The position numbers and the translations under genes are program-made. A DNA stretch of 64,000 nt from Candidatus Obscuribacteraceae bacterium (GTDB taxonomy: Bacteria > Cyanobacteriota > Vampirovibrionia > Obscuribacterales > Obscuribacteraceae). Below the pieces are notes generated by a model. It made no database searches, had not been told where the DNA came from, and saw only the letters and a program-made list of their open reading frames with translations. How positions within the stretch are numbered: position 1 is the first letter of the stretch; every line of letters begins with the position of its first letter. Location of the stretch: positions 256,001-320,000 of the forward strand of contig JBGAHS010000003.1 in NCBI GenBank assembly GCA_044226015.1. Direction: 5' to 3'. Shown here piece by piece: positions 9,101 to 17,006 of this stretch.

Positions 9101-11494
9101 CTTGAAGATGCGCCCCTTGCTGAACTACCTAAAGAGCTTGTGGACAAGATGCTTCGTCTACCACTCTGGAAGTTGGAACCTGCTGTTTCCCTCTGGCAAA
9201 ATCAGGTGCGCCGTAACCTGGGGAATGTCTTGTTTACAGACAGAGCATCTGCAGGTCTTGAGGACGTTCCGCTTGTGAATGATGGCATCGAAGGTATCAA
9301 GAAATGGAACGAAACCGTAAACAACAGAGCATTTCTCGACGAGTTTTACTCGCAACTAGATGAGGCAACTGCAGCTGGCAGAGATGCGCAACTCAGCTCG
9401 TCTTCAAGCCCCTACATGGTAGTCAGACAATACTTCCCTGATCTCGAACCAGGATACGTAAACATCCTTGTTCAAAGCTTGCAAGGAGTAAGCCGGCCGA
9501 AAGACTATGTCGAGAGAATACAGCCTACTGAAATTAGAAATGCACTTCGGCGAATTAGTTTTTCGACTGATGCGAAACAGAACGCATTCGAAAAAACCGG
9601 TATTTTAGTTGCTGGCAACAACTCCTGGGTCAATGCTCAAACGGGTCATGACGGGCGCGCGGTGGTCGCGATGAATCTCCTTTCAGTTTTTGGGAAGCAG
9701 TGGGGACGTTGGCTCGATCTCCAGACCCTGAAGCACGCATTGAATTTAGAGGGTGACACAAAAGCCCGCGAAACACCCAACACTGATGAGCTAGACGAGC
9801 CAATAACAACGGAGCCTCTAAACGTGGCTCAAGCTGTCAGAGGCATGAGCGATGCAAGAAAGGCTGAACTTTTTGGCAGCCTCAGCGAATCACAAACGCA
9901 CACAGCAATACATGATGCCATGTGGATGCTTCAAAAAGTAAAGCGAGAACATGCCGAATGTTTATCGCAATGGTTGTTCAAATATTTTGATCGAGACCCT
10001 GCAGAATTGGGAGTTGTGAACAAAAGATGGCACCGCCTCGAAAGCTCATTTCGCACAGCTCCCTACAGATATGCGGACGTAGTGAATGCAGCAAAGTCGC
10101 ATAACTACGAGAACATTCAACATTCAGAGTTTGCAAAAGAAGCAGCCAAATGGGGCGTTTCCGAAGAGCGCTATCCTGAGTATGAACGCCGCTTTCTGGA
10201 CTCACAAAATTCACCTTTGCCATTTCCTCTAGATAAAGCATGGAAAGTAGGAACATATACAGGAAGGTTTCTGCCCCGCGCTGACGTTCGTGGTGTTTTT
10301 CTTGGACAACACTCCACCTGCTGCCAACACCCAGACAACTCAGCTGGTAATAGCGCCGCGTGGATGGGGCAAGAGCACCCTGCTGCGGGTTTCTTCGTAG
10401 TGGAAAGTGCAACAAAAAAAATTGTTGCACAGTCACTTGTTTGGCAATCAGATAACGGCGGTTTGGTTTTTGACAGCATCGAAGGCAAAAGACCAAAATT
10501 AGTTGAATTGGAAGCCGACCAAAACGCAGCTGCGCAAAACGCGTTAGCACAAAACGCGGCAGCACAGGACGAAGGCGCACAAGACGCAGCTGCGCAAAAC
10601 ATAGCCGCACCAAACATTGGAGCACAAGCAGACACAAGGAATGCAGGCGCGCAGGGTGCAAGGGCTCAAAACATAGGCGCACGACAAGCGGGCGCACAGA
10701 ATACAGGTGACACCGCAAATGGTACCACTGCCCAAGAGAAGAGCAATGAGGCAAAAGCAATCGAACACCTAAAGAAAACGGTGTCCGACATTTATGATGC
10801 AGCAGCAAAAGATCTGATCAAGGACTACTCTAGAATATCCGTCGGCGTGGGGCAAAGCGCAGGAAAAAGTATTGCTGATTTCGATCGCTGGCAAGCAAGC
10901 GAAGCCGAGGAGATCATGGAGACGCCGAAAGATTATTCCGGCTATTCAGATGCAAGAAAGAAGCAGCTTACGATAGCCACAAACGAAAATCCAGTTCAAG
11001 CAGAACCGACTACCCAGGCTAAAACGTGGACTCGTGCCGCAACGCCAACTGACCTGGTTAGTGCCAAGAAGATTGCAGAAGCAGTCTATCCAAGGGGATG
11101 GAACTTTATCTCTCCAGGAGATTGGAATAGGGTTTTGCAATCTAAAGAGAAAGGCGTGATTGGATATGCAACCATGGACACGCGTTCTCACTACATTACT
11201 GACGTTGCGGTACTGCCAGAGTATGGTGGCAAGTCCGTCTTGCTTTTGCGAGATATTCTTTCTGAAGTGAAGCGAATAGGTGGCAACTGGAAAGCGAACG
11301 CTCGCGCAAGCACTTCCTATGAGCTCTTGAAGCGAGCAGAGGCTCTCCGCTGGATCCAGATTGATAGAGAGATTCATCGTCCAGGAATAATGAGCGGCGA
11401 AGACATGTACGACATAATCTTCCATGTACCAGACAGACAAAGAAACAACAACGCGGCAGCACAAGCAAACGAAGCTACAGCTAACACGCAGTAA
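6122..11494 (+). CDS. Large (~1790 aa) multidomain protein: hydrophobic N-terminal domain, ~80-aa Trp repeats, CCQH-motif domain, C-terminal GNAT-like domain
   Basis: 5.4-kb ORF with an uncertain start (TTG 6122 preferred; track start 6029). GNAT-like VIGYATMD...YITDVAVLPEYGG...ANARASTSYELL. Confidence 0.8.
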   Translation: MAEQELKLHRVPELLGQSNSEDDSALNVFTRSLAYSAAVGPSIAIGELADKVASKLTDSQQSICTDTVKSVAQMAGVQISPEQYSMGSAKWQAQQLGNAVGMLVPMTLLHKSLAPALPASAGLRSASSGFAYGAILTPTNLDSSSSLADLLAAKTEKGIFTSLTFGVMGASASRIENLLANSKVTNTVAAVLPEIASVHGTKLAAGVLSAIPGGVVSAQTTAWERGDRIASLQDTTESIASLAYVGGVFGAANFFATKPASKAKPEQQVSTSEIPNVIDTHRFILEEPGSRGRLSGDWMETLPRSKDDPFSNCSSLSHRIGIYKEDRISNYFQDERESEYGLKQMYFEHNQLKYFPDRSFASLIKKSPLIDRQFDDSSARNSLHLKYYKLYPGEPGVSLRTRGSILQSSGITEQELAGLIKQHLNTEIQNSSPDTQSKAIDFFLRTDFPPRRLVDLVPLVDERLLHSLTQTELRVDQQDTIIEKWNSLSEKTKEMPLPVLAKLLNYQNALTEEQLASPHVQEYAELLHELDYHAKGYEHNLDDQFIRFYSDRKLSSAEAVGVLRSWKELTPDVKLLPNETLAPIAYNYHLMTPEQRLLPVPELSRYTKIIDDLQLQENGVKQLNSEFADWYIANSPSVDMALFGLNKWTELSPELRNRLHEPELKDRIHDLQRQWKNLSPEHRSSTGTKALNWAHLRANLDVPSSAIPEDYLSWYTVNRPSRAEARKVWRGWKEFTPAVKAMDAPLLFFLAEHWSDIPTAQRQLEPKEIIRQLNLSGEIGKPLNTIDPEFVEWHRQNEPAKKDLRILERTWADLRSDLKTMKGDDLACIARIWSKLNDEQKTRPQAELLHWSKYYEALGTKPQIEEIVKESPSFRNWFEKNSTDNGQSIPNVFAHWSDLTRELRDLGLKETSELIATMFSQPGRNTAGIIRGLELTELSSGKDPEAAKKLLASLKNGSSITDWVDGEAQRMGLSQLDLLDKMTAISRMSRSFFLEDAPLAELPKELVDKMLRLPLWKLEPAVSLWQNQVRRNLGNVLFTDRASAGLEDVPLVNDGIEGIKKWNETVNNRAFLDEFYSQLDEATAAGRDAQLSSSSSPYMVVRQYFPDLEPGYVNILVQSLQGVSRPKDYVERIQPTEIRNALRRISFSTDAKQNAFEKTGILVAGNNSWVNAQTGHDGRAVVAMNLLSVFGKQWGRWLDLQTLKHALNLEGDTKARETPNTDELDEPITTEPLNVAQAVRGMSDARKAELFGSLSESQTHTAIHDAMWMLQKVKREHAECLSQWLFKYFDRDPAELGVVNKRWHRLESSFRTAPYRYADVVNAAKSHNYENIQHSEFAKEAAKWGVSEERYPEYERRFLDSQNSPLPFPLDKAWKVGTYTGRFLPRADVRGVFLGQHSTCCQHPDNSAGNSAAWMGQEHPAAGFFVVESATKKIVAQSLVWQSDNGGLVFDSIEGKRPKLVELEADQNAAAQNALAQNAAAQDEGAQDAAAQNIAAPNIGAQADTRNAGAQGARAQNIGARQAGAQNTGDTANGTTAQEKSNEAKAIEHLKKTVSDIYDAAAKDLIKDYSRISVGVGQSAGKSIADFDRWQASEAEEIMETPKDYSGYSDARKKQLTIATNENPVQAEPTTQAKTWTRAATPTDLVSAKKIAEAVYPRGWNFISPGDWNRVLQSKEKGVIGYATMDTRSHYITDVAVLPEYGGKSVLLLRDILSEVKRIGGNWKANARASTSYELLKRAEALRWIQIDREIHRPGIMSGEDMYDIIFHVPDRQRNNNAAAQANEATANTQ

Positions 11495-11591
11495 AGCAGC
11501 CGGAATAATTCCTGATATCTTTCAAGCAAGAAATGTGATTTTTGAATCTCTCAACACTGTACTTTGTGCTGCTCGCCAGGAGCCCTGGGTA

Positions 11592-11668
11592 CTCGCTAAG
11601 AGCGCAGGATATTCGCTAGGAGCGCAGGATATTCGCTAGGAGCGCAGGATATTCATTCGGAGCGCAGG
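11592..11668. repeat. 20-bp tandem repeat x3.5
   Basis: tcgcta(a/g)gagcgcaggatat units. Confidence 0.9.
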
Positions 11669-11680
11669 CTTCCAGCCTGC
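11659..11680. repeat. REP-like palindrome GGAGCGCAGGCTTCCAGCCTGC
   Basis: GGAG foot plus GCAGGCT-tcc-AGCCTGC hairpin; single copy in this window. Confidence 0.5.
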
Positions 11681-11789
11681 TTCCACACGCGAAAAGCGCA
11701 GCAACTCCTATTACAAAATTCTGCACATGTACACACCTGCGCCTTCACTCCATATTCACATCGGTATCAATATGATTGGGTAACCACAA

Positions 11790-12293
11790 GTGGAGATTTC
11801 GCGAATGTTAGACAGATTAGACTTCGCTCCGGCTGAAGATCAGCATGAAGAAACGGCGTCAGCCAGATTATCAAATTCAATAATGGATGAGCTTCGCCAG
11901 GTGCAAGCTTCGCAATCAACAAATGATGAACCCAACTTAGACCTGGTTGGATACCGAATCACGCCTCAACACGCACGCAATCTATGCAACGGGTTAAATC
12001 AACTTCAAAACGAGATGTGCCTGCAGGCGTGGAAAAGAGACGGCTACCGAACAAATAGTGAGTTAGACACACACGAAACATTCGGAGAAATGTGGGCTCG
12101 TGAAGAGCGAGAAATGCGTTCGTTTGAGCGCAAACATCATTATCGTCCACTCGACCCAAGAGCACCATGGAACCAAGATCCATCACGCCTGAACGCAGAT
12201 AGAACGGTGCGATGCCTTGGTCCCAACGCACCGAAGTCCAAAGGAGACGAACGATATCGCTGCTCCACAGAAAACAGTGGCGGATTCTGGTAA
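11790..12293 (+). CDS. Hypothetical protein
   Basis: 167-aa ORF (start may be the ATG at 11805) with an acidic N-terminus and 4 Cys. Confidence 0.65.
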   Translation: MEISRMLDRLDFAPAEDQHEETASARLSNSIMDELRQVQASQSTNDEPNLDLVGYRITPQHARNLCNGLNQLQNEMCLQAWKRDGYRTNSELDTHETFGEMWAREEREMRSFERKHHYRPLDPRAPWNQDPSRLNADRTVRCLGPNAPKSKGDERYRCSTENSGGFW

Positions 12294-12437
12294 GCAGGAA
12301 ATGCCGGAGTGTGATTCAAATTCACTTACATCCTGGAATCAACGATTGTTATTGCTCTTACACACGGTGATGTAACTCCGCTTGCGGCTCCGGTATATCT
12401 CAGGGCGAGTAGCTTAGGGCAAGACATGACTCCTGGT

Positions 12438-14351
12438 CTAACGACTTAGTGCCGCTGCCTCATCTTCGTGGATTTTGGCAGCCTCTAACTCACCCTCGTC
12501 CCTCAGCAGTTGCGCCTGCAACTTGTGAGCATGAGCCGCCATTTCATTGAAGTGCTTATCGCCTTTAGGCATGTCATCTTTCATGTCCGTAAGAGCACGC
12601 AATATAACTCCAACCAACTTCCCGCTCTTCTGGCGATCGCCTCTTCTCATCATAAAGTCGCAAACCTCAAGACTAAATTCGCAATTTGCAAACCGAAGCT
12701 TGGGTTTGTCAACCAAAATTCCAAATGACCCATGTTGTTGAACCAATTGCGCACTTATTGTAATTGCGGGGTCAACTCCTCCGCCTGTCTTTTCGATTGG
12801 TTTTGAATTCCAGATTTCTTCCATCCTTTTGTAATTCTCTTTAGCTTTAGAGAAATTCTCTGTGGTGTCAGAGTCAACATTGCTTAAATAGTAGATAATA
12901 ATGTTCTTCCGAGCTTCTATTTCTTTGTCAGAAACCTGGCCTTTGGTCGCCCGGTGAATTAGTTCTATCGCCTGCTGGTAGCCCTTTTCAAAAAGCTCCT
13001 GGCTTTTAGCCCCCTCTATGTCAGCACGTCGCTCTATCAGCCTCGCCTTCAAGAGCAGGTCATGCTCATTATTTTCATCACAATAATTTGTCGCCTGGTT
13101 CAGTAAGTCAATTACAGTTTTGCGCGACCGGTTCATCAGCTGAGAAATCTCAACAGCTGTATCAACAAGTGAATTCAATTTCTCTGTCCTTACAGCTTCC
13201 TTTGGTTTAGAATCGAGGGCTTTCTGTAAAGCGTAATAACGTGATTTGAGCTCGTTCACTTTGCTTTGCTCTTGAGCCGGAGGTTTAAATTTCTTGTCAG
13301 CCTGGCCTGCATATTGCCTCTGAGACGACTGCAGCAAATGAGAAACTGCAAAAGTACAAACAATAAAAAATGTAGATAAAAGCAAGACAGATACCATCAT
13401 TGGTTTCTTAATTCGCTCTCTGCGCGCCAGAGAAAATTCCTTAACCTCGCTGTCACTCGCGGAAATCTTCTCGAGTTCAGCGGCAATGAAAGCTATGCTT
13501 TCAGGTCTCTCTTCAGGAGCTTTACGAAGACAAAGATCAAGCAACTGCGCCAACTTCAGTTGCGATTCCGTTTGCGTTTTACTCTCAAGCTTGGGAGGCG
13601 CTTCATGCATATGCTTGTACATAAACTCCATGCCACTGCTGGCGGTGAACACGTGCTCTCCTGTTAAACATTCGTACATTAAGCAGCCTAACGAATAGAT
13701 GTCAGACCGGTGATCTACTTTCGAGCCATTGCACTGCTCAGGGCTCATGTACGCCGGGCTACCTAGCAACAGATTCGATCTTGTTAAAGACAAAGAATCT
13801 GTGCCCTGGTCTGGCATCAGCAATCGTGCTATACCGAAGTCAATTACTTTTACCAGCTCACGTCCATCAGGATCCTTCGTCAAAAATATATTGCTGGGCT
13901 TTATGTCACGATGAACAATATTTTTTCCGTGAGCATGAATCAGCCCCTGGCACACCTGCTCAATAATGTTGAAAAATCTCGCGACCGGAAGTGTTGAAAG
14001 CCTAGAAAGCACCGCAGAAAGTGGCTCACCCTCAAGATACTCAAGCACATGATAGGGATTACCATCATCAGTGATACCAGAGGCAAGAATCTTCACAACG
14101 TTTACATGCTCTAGCGAAGCAAGGGCTTTAGCTTCTCGCAAGAACCGTTCATGCAATTCCTCGCTGCGAGCCCCCTCGAAATTCAGCAGCTTCACAGCCA
14201 CTTCGCGTTGAAGAATCATGTCCTTCGCATGTAACACCACCCCCATGCCACCTTGACCGATGACTGTGACTTCACTGAAACGGCCGGGCAAAAATTTCTT
14301 CTGTACTGTCACATCTTGAAGGTCTATGGAAGGGCTTAAGTTATCTTCCAT
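12438..14351 (-). CDS. Hanks-type Ser/Thr protein kinase with TM helix and helical C-terminal domain
   Basis: IGQGGMGVV, VAVK, HRDIKPSN, DFG, YMSPE and DIYSLG motifs; TM segment MMVSVLLLSTFFIVCTFAV. Confidence 0.95.
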   Translation of the reverse strand: MEDNLSPSIDLQDVTVQKKFLPGRFSEVTVIGQGGMGVVLHAKDMILQREVAVKLLNFEGARSEELHERFLREAKALASLEHVNVVKILASGITDDGNPYHVLEYLEGEPLSAVLSRLSTLPVARFFNIIEQVCQGLIHAHGKNIVHRDIKPSNIFLTKDPDGRELVKVIDFGIARLLMPDQGTDSLSLTRSNLLLGSPAYMSPEQCNGSKVDHRSDIYSLGCLMYECLTGEHVFTASSGMEFMYKHMHEAPPKLESKTQTESQLKLAQLLDLCLRKAPEERPESIAFIAAELEKISASDSEVKEFSLARRERIKKPMMVSVLLLSTFFIVCTFAVSHLLQSSQRQYAGQADKKFKPPAQEQSKVNELKSRYYALQKALDSKPKEAVRTEKLNSLVDTAVEISQLMNRSRKTVIDLLNQATNYCDENNEHDLLLKARLIERRADIEGAKSQELFEKGYQQAIELIHRATKGQVSDKEIEARKNIIIYYLSNVDSDTTENFSKAKENYKRMEEIWNSKPIEKTGGGVDPAITISAQLVQQHGSFGILVDKPKLRFANCEFSLEVCDFMMRRGDRQKSGKLVGVILRALTDMKDDMPKGDKHFNEMAAHAHKLQAQLLRDEGELEAAKIHEDEAAALSR

Positions 14352-14626
14352 TCAAGCGCGCTCCTGTCACCGCTATTAACATATGCCCGCTCGACCGCTA
14401 CTGATTTACATTCTCGGGTATTTTCTTGCTTTATACGCACAAGATTCGGTGGACCACTGGATGGAAGATTGCTTCCGCTTTGTCAGCTTGTGCACAAAGG
14501 AGCCAGCAATCGACATTGGGTGCCTGGAAGAGGGACCATCAGCTTCGTCAACATGGGCTCCCCCAAATATCAAAATCTCTGAGCCAAGTCAAAATCGAAT
14601 GGACCTTCGGAAATCGCTGAATCTCC

Positions 14627-14658
14627 AAAACCAAAGAGAAGAGCCGAGGCTCTTCTCT
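14627..14658 (-). terminator. Intrinsic terminator of pilin-like copy 3
   Basis: AGAGAAGAGC-cgag-GCTCTTCTCT hairpin with a T-rich tail on the minus strand. Confidence 0.75.
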
Positions 14659-14684
14659 CTGTTGGTATTGAGGCGTGGTTAAAA

Positions 14685-15128
14685 TTAGCTGAACAGATTA
14701 GCGTCACGAGCTGAAGCAACGAGCCAGTTGATTGCACCTGGTGTTGCGAGTCCGCCAGTTACACCGGCTGCTCCCCAGAGTACGCGCTTCATTGCGTCCT
14801 GCGTTCCTGCTGCCATGTGCATGAAGCCCATAATCATTGTTGGTCCGCCCCAGGCGATTCCGAGAATTTCCATTCCGTTTGCGATGATGTTCAAAAGTGC
14901 TTCCAGGTTAGCGAGGTTGTTTACGCGCACTGTTCCTGCGGTGTTCACACCTTGAATTACTGTTGCGTCAGCGCCTTGTGGTCCGATTGTACCGTTGGTT
15001 GCACCCTGCAACATTGGGGGCGCACCGGTATCAGCTGTTGAATCAAACGCGTCTTGTGCTAGAGCTGGTCCGGCAAGTGTCAAAACGACTGCTGATGCCA
15101 TTGTTATCTTTGCCAGGTTCTTAATCAT
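14685..15128 (-). CDS. VirB2/TrbC/Maff2-like pilin-type protein, copy 3 (147 aa, short linker)
   Basis: Same architecture as copy 1 but lacks 20 aa of the polar linker; identical C-terminal core. Confidence 0.7.
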   Translation of the reverse strand: MIKNLAKITMASAVVLTLAGPALAQDAFDSTADTGAPPMLQGATNGTIGPQGADATVIQGVNTAGTVRVNNLANLEALLNIIANGMEILGIAWGGPTMIMGFMHMAAGTQDAMKRVLWGAAGVTGGLATPGAINWLVASARDANLFS

Positions 15129-15170
15129 GATGGTAAATCTCTCTTTTGCTTGGGTTTAAAGTGGTTGTTC

Positions 15171-15214
15171 ACTCGAACTCTTCTTTAACGACCCATCCCA
15201 AACTCTTAGGAGGA
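15171..15214 (-). promoter_or_regulatory. 44-nt leader/promoter block identical to 2695-2738
   Basis: Direct sequence identity. Confidence 0.7.
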
Positions 15215-15226
15215 GAATTTAGAAGA

Positions 15227-15242
15227 CATGACCAAAGTCATG
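15227..15242. promoter_or_regulatory. Palindromic operator-like site CATGAC-CAAA-GTCATG
   Basis: Perfect 6-4-6 palindrome 99 nt upstream of the copy 3 start. Confidence 0.7.
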
Positions 15243-15315
15243 CCTTCCCCTTGGCGACCCAACACTCGACCAAGCCCAATATCCTTGGCAAAACAGGCTC
15301 GAACGGCGCTCTGGC

Positions 15316-15591
15316 TCACTCTGGCACGTGATGCAACCCGTCGTTGTAGTATTTGTCCTGCTCTTCTTTAGAGCGAATCTTTCTAGAATTAGCTGGCAAC
15401 GAGCCGTCGTGAACTTCGTCATCGGGATTTTTTACTCCCGGGTCATCATCCCTTTTAGATGAGCGAGAGCCCAGGTGCTGAAAAGATTGGGCTTGGACTT
15501 CATGGCTGGAAGCCTCACATAAGGGCTGAATCATGACAAGAGAACAGAAACAGCTCGATAACACAACTGCGTGTCGGAACAAATGCAGCAT
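15316..15591 (-). CDS. Small putative secreted protein
   Basis: 91 aa with a signal-like N-terminus, AGGAG RBS upstream and a hydrophilic remainder. Confidence 0.6.
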   Translation of the reverse strand: MLHLFRHAVVLSSCFCSLVMIQPLCEASSHEVQAQSFQHLGSRSSKRDDDPGVKNPDDEVHDGSLPANSRKIRSKEEQDKYYNDGLHHVPE

Positions 15592-15770
15592 AAGATGCCT
15601 CCTAAAGCCGCCGCCAAGCTCAACTCGCTTTCGAGTCTAGACATTAAATCCGAAAACACATAGGGGACATTTACGGCTCACCGTCAGTATCAGGTGCTCA
15701 CAGCCACTATCAGTTGTTCACTGTCACTTTCAATTGCTCACAGTCACTGTCAATTGCTCAGTCAGTATCG

Positions 15771-15916
15771 GTTGCTCTCCGCCACACTTAATTGCTTAGT
15801 CGTTTTCAGTTGCTCTCCGCCACACTCAATTGCTTAGTCGTTTTCAGTTGCTCTCCGCCACTCAATTGCTTAGTCGTTTTCAGTTGCTCTCCGCCACTCA
15901 ATTGCTCAGTAATTTT
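15771..15916. repeat. 36-38-bp tandem repeat x4, preceded by degenerate ~20-bp units from ~15680
   Basis: gttgctctccgcca(ca)ctcaattgcttagtcgttttca units. Confidence 0.9.
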
Positions 15917-15929
15917 CTGCCGCGCATCC

Positions 15930-16991
15930 TCAATGTTTATGCCTATGATGAACGTCAGGATAATGCGGATGCGAATGAGTGATTGCTTCGTGGCGATGCC
16001 AATGACTGTGTTCTACGCCTGCAGCGACAGGAAAATCGTGTTCATGCTGATGATGCTCGTCGTGAGTGTGCATGTGCTCATGTTCTTCTTCCAGGTGATG
16101 GTGATCATGTGCGTGGTTCTCAGTTAAATGCAGCCAGACACCATAAGCCATGAAAATCGCAGCAGCCATAAACGACCACGTCAACGATTCGCGAAAGAGG
16201 AAGAGCGACACGATGGCACCAACAAAAGGAGCCGTCGAAAAATAAGCTCCCGTCCTTGCAGTTCCGAGTGAACGCAAAGAATTGATGAAGAGAACAAGGC
16301 TAAGTCCATAACCAACAAAACCAACTAAAAGCCCGAGCCCCAATGAACTGATGCTTGAAGAAGCACCGCCATAAAATGCCAAACAGGTATTTATTGAACC
16401 CGCCACTAAACCTTTGATTGCGGCAAGAAATCTGGCGTCGAGACTTTGAACATTTCTAGTAAGGTTATTGTCTAGCGCCCAACAAAAACACGCCGCAACG
16501 ATAGAAAGAGAACCAGCCTGGAATTGCAGGCTTGATGGTGCGCAAAGCACTACACTGCCAATGACGATTGCAAGCATTCCAATAAAAATGCGAGAATCAA
16601 AATTCTCCCGAAAGAAACACCAGGCAAACAAAGCCGTGAATACAGCTTCAAGGTTAAGCAGTAGCGAAGCTGCCGAGCCAGTGCAAGCCGAGAGCCCGTT
16701 CATCAAGAGCACGGGCGCCGCCATGCCACCACATACAATGGCAGCAAACATCCAGAGCCCTTCCTTGCTAGCAATATAACGAAACTGATCAACGAGATTT
16801 TCGCGTCGGCTCAAGAGCAGCAGCATCAATCCCAGACCCGAACCCAAATACAGAATGCCAGCAAGCAAAGCCGGTTTGAGCTCCCCGGTTAGCAACTTAG
16901 CAAATGGTGTACTTAGCCCAAAGAGAATGGCTGAAAGAAGAGCTATATTAGACGGCGGCAAATGGTGAAGCTTCATAACTCCCTCAAACAC
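15930..16991 (-). CDS. EamA/DMT family transporter with His-rich C-terminal tail
   Basis: About 10 TM helices with an EamA-type pattern; tail HAHDHHH...HPHYPDVHHRHKH. Start may be at 16976. Confidence 0.9.
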   Translation of the reverse strand: MFEGVMKLHHLPPSNIALLSAILFGLSTPFAKLLTGELKPALLAGILYLGSGLGLMLLLLSRRENLVDQFRYIASKEGLWMFAAIVCGGMAAPVLLMNGLSACTGSAASLLLNLEAVFTALFAWCFFRENFDSRIFIGMLAIVIGSVVLCAPSSLQFQAGSLSIVAACFCWALDNNLTRNVQSLDARFLAAIKGLVAGSINTCLAFYGGASSSISSLGLGLLVGFVGYGLSLVLFINSLRSLGTARTGAYFSTAPFVGAIVSLFLFRESLTWSFMAAAIFMAYGVWLHLTENHAHDHHHLEEEHEHMHTHDEHHQHEHDFPVAAGVEHSHWHRHEAITHSHPHYPDVHHRHKH

Positions 16992-17006
16992 AGTTAGTAC
17001 TGAGTT

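Noticed and set aside
12426..12440. catgactcctggtcta as a further operator
   Set aside because: Wrong spacing, a poor right half-site, and it lies at a gene 3' end.
2150..15128. Pilin copies as att-site direct repeats of an integrated element or as integron cassettes
   Set aside because: No integrase, attC-like sites or exact repeats; the copies differ at synonymous sites and have distinct terminators. It cannot be fully excluded for copy 2.
15680..15916. 36-38-bp repeats (and the 30-bp array at 1861-1980) as CRISPR arrays
   Set aside because: The units are head-to-tail with no unique spacers, and there are no cas genes in the window.
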